Shown here: in pieces, positions 22,601 through 32,972 of the stretch
Numbering within the stretch: position 1 is the first letter of the stretch
Layout: each line of letters starts with the position of its first letter
From: Macrostomum hystrix
Taxonomy: Eukaryota > Animalia > Platyhelminthes
Reading direction: 5' to 3'
Assembly: GCA_950097015.1 (NCBI GenBank)
Contig: CATNEN010000024.1
Span: 5,146,001 to 5,210,000 of the forward strand
DNA length: 64,000 nucleotides
Made by a program: the position numbers and the translations under genes
Notes under the pieces: generated by a model
What the model was told of the DNA's origin: nothing
What the model saw: only the letters and a program-made list of their open reading frames with translations
The model's database searches: none

Positions 22601-23990
22601 GGGGTGGCTGGGGGGCGGGTGTACACCGCCGCGCGCTCATCTGGATTTCCGTCAGCGCGATTGGATAAAGTGTACACTCGTCACCCGCCCCCCCTGAGGA
22701 CTGATTTCTATCAGCCTTCCGCCCTGGCTTGGTCTGCTCTGTGCGTGTGCGGGCCTGGGGTGAGAGGCACTCCGGCTGCCGCCCCCTTCCCCGCTTGGCT
22801 TGCTGCTGTGTGTGTGAGGTGCCTGCCCAGGGGAGGCGGCGCGATGGGCGGCTCTCGCCTAGTTCGCCGGCCTGGGGGCATGCCGTTCCTGTGTTTGTGC
22901 GTCAAGTGCCCCAGGCCCCCCTGCAAAGTAAGTAAAGTAAGTAAGTGAATGGGAAGGAAACCAATATAAAACGGGGAGAACGGATCGACCACATAAGTGA
23001 ATGGGAAGGAGAACAAGATAAAACGGAGAGAACGGATCGACCACATAAGTGAATGGGAAGGAAACCAAGATAAAACGGAGAGAACGGATCGACCACATAA
23101 GTGAATGGGAAGGAAACCAAGAATAAACGGAGAGAACGAATCGACCACGTAAGTGAATGGGAAGGAAACCAAGATAAAACGGAGAGAAAGTATCGACCAC
23201 ATAAGTGAATGGGAAGGAAACCAAGAATAAACGGAGAGAACGGATCGACCACGTAAGTGAATGGGAAGGAAACCAAGAATAAACGGAGAGAACGGATCGA
23301 CCACGTAAGTGAATGGGAAGGAAACCAAGAATAAACGGAGAGAACGGATCGACCACGTAAGTGAATGGGAAGGAGACCAAGATAAAACGGAGAGAACGAA
23401 TCGACCACGTAAGTGAATGGCAAGGAGACCAAGATAAAACGGAGAGAACGGATCGACCACATAAGTGAATGGGAAGGAAACCAAGAAAAAACGGAGAGAA
23501 CGGATCGACCACATAAGTGAATGGGAAGGAAACCAAGAATAAACGGAGAGAACGAATCGACCACGTAAGTGAATGGGAAGGAAACCAAGATAAAACGGAG
23601 AGAAAGTATCGACCACATAAGTGAATGGGAAGGAAACCAAGAATAAACGGAGAGAACGGATCGACCACGTAAGTGAATGGGAAGGAAACCAAGAATAAAC
23701 GGAGAGAACGGATCGACCACGTAAGTGAATGGGAAGGAAACCAAGAATAAACGGAGAGAACGGATCGACCACGTAAGTGAATGGGAAGGAAACCAAGAAT
23801 AAACGGAGAGAACGGATCGACCACGTAAGTGAATGGGAAGGAAACCAAGAATAAACGGAGAGAACGGATCGACCACGTAAGTGAATTGGAAGGAGACCAA
23901 GATAAAACGGAGAGAACGGATCGACCACGTAAGTGAATTGGAAGGAGACCAAGATAAAACGGAGAGAAAGGATTGACCACGTAAGTAAAT
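19605..23990. repeat. 52-bp satellite ACGGATCGACCAC(G/A)TAAGTGAATGGGAAGGAAACCAAGAAAAAACGGAGAGA, about 73 units, interrupted by a SINE
   Basis: 52-bp spacing read directly; the 52-aa periodicity in the three minus-strand ORFs is consistent with it. Confidence 0.97.
22356..22940 (+). mobile_element. Intact tRNA-headed SINE (distant family B relative) inserted in the 52-bp satellite
   Basis: 15-bp TSD GTAAGTGAATGGGAA at 22341-22355 and 22941-22955. Head GGGGCGAGGGGGGTCAGCGGCTAACG...CTAGTTCGATTCA. 3' stem GGCCTGGGGGCA/TGCCCCAGGCC, then CCCCTGCAAAGTAAGTAAAGTAA. Confidence 0.85.
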
Positions 23991-25159
23991 GGCAAGGAGA
24001 CCAAGAAAATGGAGAGAACGCTGCAGTAGTCAATTTCAAAATTGCACTATTAGTGGCAGTTTTCTGAATTTTTGTCTGGCCTGAAAGACGCACCTATAGA
24101 AAAAAAGTTCGAGTATGCGTCAGAAATCTTATTGCCCATGATTATTTCGGTTTTAAAGACAGAAAATGCAGAAATTCTCAAATTTCTGTCTCCACACTAT
24201 AGCCTCAATTTGATGAATGTTGTTTTTTACCAGAAAAATATTTCAAAGAGCTGGCTAATAGCTGTTGAACACATAGGCCGGGAAAACTGAGAGCCAGGCC
24301 ACGGGCGAGCTGCGAACGGAACGAAATTTTCTTTCGCGATCCCCATGGGAAAAGTGATCCCATGGTCACATAAATAATTGCTTATTGCTTGGTTACGCCT
24401 GCGAGTTATAATAGTACAAACATTTATTGTCCATCTAGCGTGTCACGCCGATTAGAAAAGGGCCTAATCCATTTCCGTAATAGCTAGGCGCTGATTTTAT
24501 TATAATTTAGTTTAGAACCGTTATGCCACCTACATACGTCGCCCTATGTAAGTAACTGTTTGATTAGGTATCAGCCGATGCACTTTTAACAGCGTGGTGT
24601 TCTTGGTGTTTTATTCCATTCGATTTAAGAAATATTTTTATCAACCGAGAACACTACACATGGCTGACACAGTCCAAGCTTGTAGACTCGCAAACTTTTT
24701 AATTGTTTCGTCATCTGCTTGACTCGATTGACTGAAACTTAATTGTTTTGTTAGCTTTTCTAGATTTTACTTACTTTGAATTAGTTCCCTTGAAATATTT
24801 AAGTACGAAACCGGGGCTGTCGTCAGTTTACTGCCAAAGACTGTTTATAGACGTCTTGGGATATAAAAGATAACGTGCATAGCATAGAAAATCCTCTTTC
24901 TGGGGTGCATAGCTTGATAAGTTGATACTTAAAAAACAGAGCATAAAAGTGCAATCAAAGTTGACGAGCAAGTCAGGAATACATGCCACAGTACCCATAT
25001 GGGCGCATATTTATTGACCGAGGCGAAAACTTACACTTATTTATTCGCCTTTTACCAGTGCTATATAATGGTACTAAATTTAATAACAATATATGTATTG
25101 TTATTACATTTTCAATATATGAAATTGAATTGAAATTTCAATTTTCAATATATGAACCA

Positions 25160-25755
25160 CTAAGCCATAGACGACTGCAACAGTGCAACTGGGGGATAAA
25201 TGGAATAAACCACTAAGCCATAGACTACTGCAACAGAGCAACTGGCCGGGATAATTGGAATAAACCACTAGGCCATAGACTACTGCAACAGAGCAACTGG
25301 CCGGGATAATTGGAATAAACCACTAGGCCATAGACTACTGCAACAGAGCAACTGGCCGGGATAATTGGAATAAACCACTAGGCCATAGACTACTGCAACA
25401 GAGCAACTGGCCGGGATAATTGGAATAAACCACTAAGCCATAGACTACTGCAACAGAGCAACTGGGGGATAAATGGAACAAACCACTAAGCCATAGATGA
25501 CTGCAACAGAGCAACTGGGGATAAATGAAATAAACCACTAAGCCACAGACTACTGCAACAGAGCAACTGGGGATAAATGGAATAAACCACTAAGCCATAG
25601 ACTACTGCAACAGAGCAACTGGGGATAAATGGAATAAACCACTAAGCCATAGACTACTGCAACAGAGCAACTGGGGATAAATGGAATAAACCACTAAGCC
25701 ATAGACTACTGCAACAGAGCAACTGGGGATAAATGGAATAAACCACTAAGCCATA
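25160..25755. repeat. 52-56-bp tandem repeat AACCACTAAGCCATAGACTACTGCAACAGAGCAACTGGGGATAAATGGAATA
   Basis: About 11 units in two subtypes (GGCCGGGATAATT and GGGGATAAAT). Confidence 0.95.
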
Positions 25756-27118
25756 TACTTATTCAATAATGCAAATTGGGGGACACATAGGTAGAGTCAT
25801 TTTAAATTTATGATATTTAAAATGACTCTTCAATGAATGATTTTGAAGCTTCTAGCACTAATCATTACATTCTTAGGGAACAGTTAATATTCTTAGTTTA
25901 GTTTTTAACTAACAACTAACGACGAAAAATATTTGGTTATCATAAAGTAAATACAAAGAAAGGCACAAGCTAAAAAGAGAAGAAAAAAGTTTATTAAGCT
26001 CCTTCAAGGGTTTCCTTTCGATCTCTTCCTAGTCGAGGTCAGGTGCGTTAGTTGGCTTGTATAGCTCCAAAATACATGTGCTAGCGCAGCAGGTGCAGTG
26101 TTTCTCATGCTCTCCCGGCAGACCAGTCGCCTGCTACCTCCCCCCGCCCACAGCTTTCGCGCTCGATAGTCACGCAAAAATCACGCACCGCTTCTTTTTC
26201 ATTTCCCGTCTCTGCCACACAACCTTCTCCTTCCAAAAGCAGCCATCTCGGCAATGCGCCAGTGCCGTCCCCACCCCTTGGCGACAATACCGCCTTCGAG
26301 CACGCAGGCGAGCTCTCGCCTCTTCCTGTTGAAATCATTCAAAGGAGTGATTTTTTCTCTATCCAACTGAATAATGAATAGTAAGAAAAATAGGCTGAAA
26401 ATGAGCGCGCATCATCTTGCAGGATTTATATCCGTCTCTTGAGCTGGAGTAATTTATCTCTCCCTTTGCACTCCTTCGCCTCGCGTCTCAGGCCGCACTT
26501 GAGAAATCCTCATTTGCCTCCTCTCGTATTTTTCTCCCACTTCCACTATGCAGCTTCACAGCGTCATCGCCTGCCATTCAGAAATTCATCCCGAGGATGA
26601 ATCTCCCAGCCGCGCAGCCAACAAGGCCTCTTGTCGGGCATGTGACACAGTATTCCCATCGCATGGAGTAGGCTGGAGGTTAAGGATGGGGATTCTACTG
26701 ATCGAGGCAGCGCGAAATGCGATACTCGCTCGCTCTTGAGAGACCACTATTTGCTCTCTCTGCGAAAAATCAAGGGGCAAGAATTGCAAAGAAACTGATT
26801 CTCCCAAAAAATCCGTCTTCTCCCACATCTCCGACTGGCGATGCGGCCCGAGGTTGAGGTATAGATAAGAACTGGGAGAGACCAGCCCAGCCCAATGCCC
26901 CAAACTCCCAAATCCCTATACAGTCGTAGCCCCAGCCAACCAAAGCAGCGCAAAGCAAAGCAGAGCAGTCAGGCCTCTCCTTGTATCCGCTCAAGAAATA
27001 GCTCAGACAACTGCTCAGAGCTTCGCCATGCTGCACTGAGCCTGGTGTGAAGGAGCAAGCGACAGTCCAGCGAAGCCGGACGCAGTTCCTCCAGGCACTA
27101 TATAGAGGCAAAGGAGAC

Positions 27119-27784
27119 ATGGCTCTGCTTTTTGCCGAGCAGAGGCAGCCTTTGATTGCCGCAGATCCGGCAGCCCAACAGCAGCAGCTGCAGCATCAGC
27201 GCCTGCAGCTGACGGAGTCTCCGCTGCACTCCGCGGCGGCTAGGCTGGATTTTCTCCGCATCGAATCTCTGGACGAGTCGCCAAGGCAGCTGCGCGCCGT
27301 CGCAGCCTCGGAGACCAGCCGGTGCTCAACAATAGCCACCTCAGACGGTCAGCGGGGGACCTTCGTGTTTGCCAACAACAACGCTCGCGAGTGCACCTGC
27401 GCCAGCCCGATTCCGCCGCAGCAGCCGCCGCCGGGGCCATCGCAGCGCCTGACAAAGTCACCGCCAGTCCAGACCCAATCGGTTGACCAGCCGAAAAATC
27501 CGCAGCGAATCACCTACCTGGGCATGTCGTTTGTCACCTGCATATTTTTCAATTTCCTTTTCGGTGGACTGGCCATCATTCTGTCAGTCAGGTCGCACCG
27601 CCTCCTGACTGGCAGCGCCGCGTCTGCCACCGTGGCCGGAGCCTGTAGGGAGCAGCGGAAAGCTGCTCAACTGGGCCGCTGTGCCTGCTGTCTGAACCTG
27701 CTTGGCATTTTGGTCTCCATGGCAACTGTTATTGCATTCTTTCAATCATATCTTTACCCGGACCAGGCTAATAGGCATCGGTAG
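27119..27784 (+). CDS. CD225/dispanin (IFITM/PRRT/SynDIG-like) membrane protein, about 221 aa, apparently single coding exon
   Basis: ORF 27047-27784 with first ATG at 27119. Gln/Pro-rich N-terminus, then ITYLGMSFVTCIFFNFLFGGLAIILSVRS...AAQLGRCACCLNLLGILVSMATVIAFF, the two-hydrophobic-segment CD225 pattern. An upstream exon via the acceptor at about 27094 is possible. Confidence 0.75.
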   Translation: MALLFAEQRQPLIAADPAAQQQQLQHQRLQLTESPLHSAAARLDFLRIESLDESPRQLRAVAASETSRCSTIATSDGQRGTFVFANNNARECTCASPIPPQQPPPGPSQRLTKSPPVQTQSVDQPKNPQRITYLGMSFVTCIFFNFLFGGLAIILSVRSHRLLTGSAASATVAGACREQRKAAQLGRCACCLNLLGILVSMATVIAFFQSYLYPDQANRHR

Positions 27785-28069
27785 ATAGACTAATCATGTG
27801 TGTTCTCATGCTAAACAGCTAATTGTAATTTACACCTTGAAATTTATTAACTTCATCTCTTACCATTCTCTTTTAGAATTTCAGCGTTTTGTGCTGTCCA
27901 ATGACCTCGATATGTACACTTAAGACACTTGCTTGTATGGCTTTTCTACAAGCATTTCATCATACTAAACGTATGCATGCTATATGCCATTGTTGGAAAT
28001 ACTGATGTGTGTAAATTCAGAATTTTGTCATTCGCTATATCCTCTGGGAATGTTTTACAACTAAATAAC

Positions 28070-29050
28070 TCACTCTCTGATTCAACAGCCCTGACTCTCT
28101 GATTCAATAGTCCTGACTCTCTGATTCATCAGCCCTGACTCTCTGATTCATCAGTCCTGACTCTCTGATTCAATAGTCCTGACTCTCTGATTCATCAGCC
28201 CTGACTCTCTGATTCAACAGCCCTGACTCTCTGATTCAATAGTCCTGACTCTCTGATTCATCAGCCCTGACTCTCTGATTCATCAGTCCTGACTCTCTGA
28301 TTCAATAGTCCTGACTCTCTGATTCATCAGTCCTGACTCTCTGATTCATCAGTCCTGACTCTCTGATTCATCAGTCCTGACTCTCTGACTCAACAGCCCT
28401 GACTCTCTGATTCAACAGCCCTGACTCTCTGATTCATCAGTCCTGACTCTCTGATTCATCAGTCCTGACTCTCTGATTCATCAGTCCTGACTCTCTGATT
28501 CAACAGCCCTGACTCTCTGATTCAACAGTCCTGACTCTCTGATTCAACAGTCCTGACTCTCTGATTCATCAGTCCTGACTCTCTGATTCAACAGCCCTGA
28601 CTCTCTGATTCAATAGTCCTGACTCTCTGATTCAACAGTCCTGACTCTCTGATTCAATAGTCCTGACTCTCTGATTCAATAGTCCTGACTCTCTGATTCA
28701 TCAGTCCTGACTCTCTGATTCATCAGTCCTGACTCTCTGATTCAACAGTCCTGACTCTCTGATTCAACAGCCCTGACTCTCTGATTCAACAGTCCTGACT
28801 CTCTGATTCAACAGCCCTGACTCTCTGATTCAACAGCCCTGACTCTCTGATTCATCAGTGCTGACTCTCTGATTCATCAGTCCTGACTCTCTGATTCATC
28901 AGTCCTGACTCTCTGATTCAACAGCCCTGACTCTCTGATTCAACAGTCCTGACTCTCTGATTCAACAGTCCTGACTCTCTGATTCAACAGTCCTGACTCT
29001 CTGATTCAATAGTCCTGACTCTCTGATTCATCAGTCCTGACTCTCTGATT
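28070..29050. repeat. 22-bp tandem repeat CTGACTCTCTGATTCA(AC/TC/AT)AG(T/C)C
   Basis: About 44 units at 22-bp spacing. Confidence 0.96.
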
Positions 29051-29534
29051 CTGAATCTCAGATTTGACTGGATCATGACTCTCAGATTGGACAGGATCAT
29101 GACTCTCAGATTCAACCTGCTTTGACCTTTTGCCACTGTTGCTGTACAGAAGTACTTTGCTAAAATGGCTTGGCATGACTGTCTTGCTGTACTTCGTGTT
29201 GGACCTTTGCCGCAGGCAATTAAGCAGTTTTAAATACCGAATCCTATAAAGACAGAGACCAACAGTGGTCAGCGGGGCTGATTTAATTCAATGCGCTAAC
29301 TTAAACAGGCCATGGCCGAACAATTTCTTTTTCTTGATCAGTTTCCGTTTGACCGGACCACGGAGGAAGGGGGGCGGGGATCAGGGATCAGGCTTGAACT
29401 AATTCGATTTTCTTATATGCGACTGCATTTCAATTCGCACTCGAACTTCTACATAAGAAATTATATAGATAGTTTTTTACAATGACGATGGAAACTAACA
29501 CGGCGAAACTTCGAGCTGAACCCAGAATAAATGT

Positions 29535-30245
29535 CAGTAGGATGTCAGCTGTGGTGTCATTAGGATGTCAGCTGTGGTGTCAGTAGGATGTCAGCTGTGG
29601 TGTCATTAGGATGTCAGCTGTGGTGTCAGTAGGATGTCAGCTGTGGTGTCATTAGGATGTCAGCTGTGGTGTCATTAGAATGTCAGCTGTGGTGTCATTA
29701 GAATGTCAGCTGTGATGTAATTAGGATGTCAGCTGTGGTGTCATTAGGATGTCAGCTGTGGTGTCAGTAGGATGTCAGCTGTCGTGTCATTAGGATGTCA
29801 GCTGTGGTGTCATTAGAATGTCAGCTGTGATGTAATTAGGATGTCAGCTGTGGTGTCATTAGGATGTCAGCTGTGGTGTCAGTAGGATGTCAGCTGTCGT
29901 GTCATTAGGATGTCAGCTGTGGTGTCATTAGAATGTCAGCTGTGATGTAATTAGGATGTCAGCTGCAGTGGTGTCAGATGCAGTTGTCAGCTGTGGTGTC
30001 AGATGCAGTTGTCAGCTGTGGTGTCAGATGCAGTTGTCAGCTGTGGTGTCAGATGCAGTTGTCAGCTGTGGTGTCAGATGCAGTTGTCAGCTGTGGTGTC
30101 AGATGCAGTTGTCAGCTGTGGTGTCAGATGCAGTTGTCAGCTGTGGTGTCAGATGCAGTTGTCAGCTGTGGTGTCAGATGCAGTTGCCAGCTGTGGTGTC
30201 ATTAGGGTGTCAGCTGTGGTGTCAGACGCAGTTGTCAGCTGTCTT
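29535..30245. repeat. 23-bp GATGTCAGCTGTGGTGTCATTAG array switching at about 29955 to a related 25-bp GTCAGCTGTGGTGTCAGATGCAGTT array
   Basis: Direct reading; both share the core GTCAGCTGTGGTGTCA. Confidence 0.95.
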
Positions 30246-30788
30246 GCACTGGACAGGCGAGTCATTGTGTTCAGTTGTTAGTATTTACATTTGAATGCTT
30301 GACTTTTTCTGTACAAATAAACTTTCACACTACTAGAATATTGAATTGAATTTTCTTTAGTTTTGCAAACAACTCTTTTTTCGGGAAATAAATTTTGATT
30401 TAGTATAAAAAGTATACTTACGAATATGCGGTAAAAAAGTTTTTTTAATAACATTTAAAATGTAATAAAGCTTACTGTTTATTTAATTCGAATTAGACAA
30501 AAGCTTAGATCAATAGCAGTTCGGGTATTACAAGCACAATTTTCTATGTTCATACGGTTTAATTAGTAAACAACTAGATTAGGCAATTAGATATAATTCT
30601 GATGAAAATTGTTACACACAACAAAAATGCGATGATTCGATAAAAATGAGGCTTCTACTTAAGCATAAGCAATACAATACACACAATGTGTCACTACTAT
30701 TTTTTACTAAATTAGTTATTGCATTCCAACTAAAACAGCAGTCCCTTTAAGATAATCAACTTGACTTCTCCGTCTCCATGGCAACAGC

Positions 30789-31604
30789 CTACTCGGCTGG
30801 CTTCTCAGTCTCCATGGGAACGTCCTTCAGCTGCGGCTTCTCCTGAGCGGGCGGCGCCTCGAACGGCGCCTCGATGCAGAGCCGGCCGTCGTGGCTGAGC
30901 TTGCTCACCACCTGCTCCAGCTTGGTGCCGTCGGGCAGCTGGAAGATTCGCTCCAGCCGCTTGTGCACCCGCTGCCCGCCGGATTCCTCCTTGTGCTCCG
31001 CCTCCACCAGCACGCAGTCACCCTGCTGTCGCACGCGAATCTCGCTCGGCTGGAACTCGCGCACTGACAGCTCGGCCTTGAACCGCTTGCTGCCGTCCTC
31101 CGCCTCCACCACATGGCCGGACCCCTCAGACTCAAGGCCGCCCCGCAGCAGGCTGCGAAGCTCGTCCCAAACTGAGCCGCCCTGCTGCTGCTGCTGCTGC
31201 TGCTGCACCTGCTGCTGCTGCTTCTGCGGCTGCTCCTTGAACGGTGCCTGCAGCACCAGCATGCCGTCCCGGGTGAAGCCGCTGTTCAGCTTCTCTGCGT
31301 CCACATCCTCGGGCAGCTCCACCGTCCGCTTCACCTCCGTCACGTCCTCGCCGTTCTCCAGCCGCGCCACCACTCGCACCTTCCGCTCCTCTCGCTTCAT
31401 CGACACGTCCTTCGGCGAGAAGCCGCGAAGGTCCACAGTCCGACTCCACTGGCGCGGTCGCCGAGGCCCCCTGTGCCGCAGCAGCTGCACCAGCGGATCG
31501 TACTCCGGTGTCAGCCAGTCGTCCAGCTCGCTCAAGGCTGCCACGAGCGGCAGCGAGTGCGAGAACGGAGTGTACACGTTGCTCGGTGCGATCCACAGCG
31601 ACAT
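30789..31604 (-). CDS. Small heat-shock protein with two alpha-crystallin domains (p40/Tsp36-type), 271 aa, intronless
   Basis: ATG at 31604. ACD1 WSRTVDLRGFSPKDVSMK...KRTVELPEDVDAEKLNSGFTRDGMLVLQAP, a poly-Q linker, ACD2 FKAELSVREFQPSEIRV...ERIFQLPDG..LEQVVSKLSHDGRLCIEAP, and a C-terminal VPM (IXI-like) motif. Tandem-ACD sHSPs are known from flatworms. Confidence 0.93.
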   Translation of the reverse strand: MSLWIAPSNVYTPFSHSLPLVAALSELDDWLTPEYDPLVQLLRHRGPRRPRQWSRTVDLRGFSPKDVSMKREERKVRVVARLENGEDVTEVKRTVELPEDVDAEKLNSGFTRDGMLVLQAPFKEQPQKQQQQVQQQQQQQQGGSVWDELRSLLRGGLESEGSGHVVEAEDGSKRFKAELSVREFQPSEIRVRQQGDCVLVEAEHKEESGGQRVHKRLERIFQLPDGTKLEQVVSKLSHDGRLCIEAPFEAPPAQEKPQLKDVPMETEKPAE

Positions 31605-31714
31605 GATTGCTGAAAGTTCACTTAGCGATTGGCTGCTCTGCTTTGGATTTGCTTTGCTGAGGCTTGAGTATGCTTGGCTGCTCAAATGCTGCCTCTACCC
31701 GGAGCAGACTATTC

Positions 31715-31906
31715 CGCTTTTATAGACTGCTTTGAAGGAAATTTCTGGATATTTGACTCATTCGTGTCATCGTAGAAACTTCTAGAAATATCGCGATGCG
31801 TTTCATTTTGTTAGCCAAATGTTGAGATTTCTACTGGCAGTAGTCTATACTGTCAGTTGACTAAAATAGTGTCTTGACACTATAAACTATTTTTCTGGAA
31901 TTTTCT
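31715..31906 (-). promoter_or_regulatory. sHSP promoter: TATA box and heat-shock elements
   Basis: The minus strand reads CTATAAAAG at about 31725-31717. Perfect nGAAnnTTCnnGAAn arrays AGAAACTTCTAGAAA (31774-31788) and TTTCTGGAATTTTCT (31892-31906), and a partial GGAAATTTCTGGA at about 31738. Confidence 0.8.
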
Positions 31907-32972
31907 GAAGTTTGACAAAGCATTACCAGAAGGATCCTTACTTACCTTTTATATCCTCTTCGATACTTAAAACTAGTGAGGGAATCTAGAAGAGATAAAT
32001 GTATCGTATGTCTGTATATGGTAATATATGGTGAAATGGTATATGGTACGTGTGTATGGTAAAACTAATATCACGATCTGATCAAATTTGAGGTTGATCG
32101 ATCATAGGAAGAAATCTGATTGAATAAAAACAAAATGTATAGTAACATTTATGAATTTATGACTAATAAGCATTCCTAACGAAATTGTGAGTTATCATTC
32201 TTTATTCGGAATAGCTAGGTTACATGTAAATTGGCATCATTTACAATATTGGGAGTAAAATATTCCTTGCCCTTTGGTTTGGATTCGCACTGCTTATACT
32301 TTAGATCGCTTGGCAGCTCGAATCCCTGAGCAGACCATCCCGCTTCTATAGACCGCTTTTAAGGAAATTTTTGGATATTTGACTTATTCGTCAATATCCG
32401 GTATTTTACACCGGAATAATCTACATTGCTGGCATTTAGCCTACATAGTGGTATAATATTTTCAATCGTGCTTTTTTATTTTAAGGAAACGGTACAACCA
32501 GTTACTTTTAGCCGATTTTTAATGAATACAGTTTAGCATTTTTGTTTTAACTCTTCAAACGTACATGTCGCAGCTAAAAATTCTGGTATTCAGATTCAGG
32601 TAACGAATGTTGTCATTTGTATTTATAGTTTCTCTACGGCTCTACGGCATTCTCTACGGCTACAGTGTCAATGTGTCATGAAGTGATTATAAATCCACTC
32701 AATAAAAAACTGTTATCTTTGAAATAAAAAAATTGTTTGTAAAATTGCCTTAAGCCCTCACTGACATATGACATGTGCATACTCCAAATTCCAATTAATT
32801 CCTATTGACCTGTTAATAACAAAAGCAAATGTAATGGCAAAGTAAAAGTTAAAGTCTTTAATACATTAAATAGAGTTTTAATCTAGCAGACCTGCCCAAC
32901 CTAGGCTTAGCCCTATATTTAGTGATTGTAACTCTGCTAGTGCTAGCTAGTACAGTGGCACACAAACAAACC

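Noticed and set aside
22690-22720. CTGAGGA followed by the hairpin CTGAT-TTCT-ATCAG (and CTGACGATGAGAAA on the minus strand at about 36030) suggested a hammerhead ribozyme
   Set aside because: No GAAA follows stem II at 22715, and the core is not conserved in the related copy at about 14985. I could not build stems I and III.
19605-23990. CRISPR-like appearance of regularly spaced repeats (also 25160-25755, 57555-60985, 63412-64000)
   Set aside because: Units are contiguous with no unique spacers, there are no cas genes, and the context is eukaryotic.
19506-24093. ORFs of 944, 941, 881, 460, 381 and 332 aa on the minus strand
   Set aside because: They are translations of the stop-free 52-bp satellite, open in all three frames with 52-aa periodicity, and have no domain content.
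30874-31725. 283-aa plus-strand ORF and the alternative minus-strand frames
   Set aside because: Antisense or frame shadows of the sHSP; the poly-Cys is the complement of poly-Gln codons.
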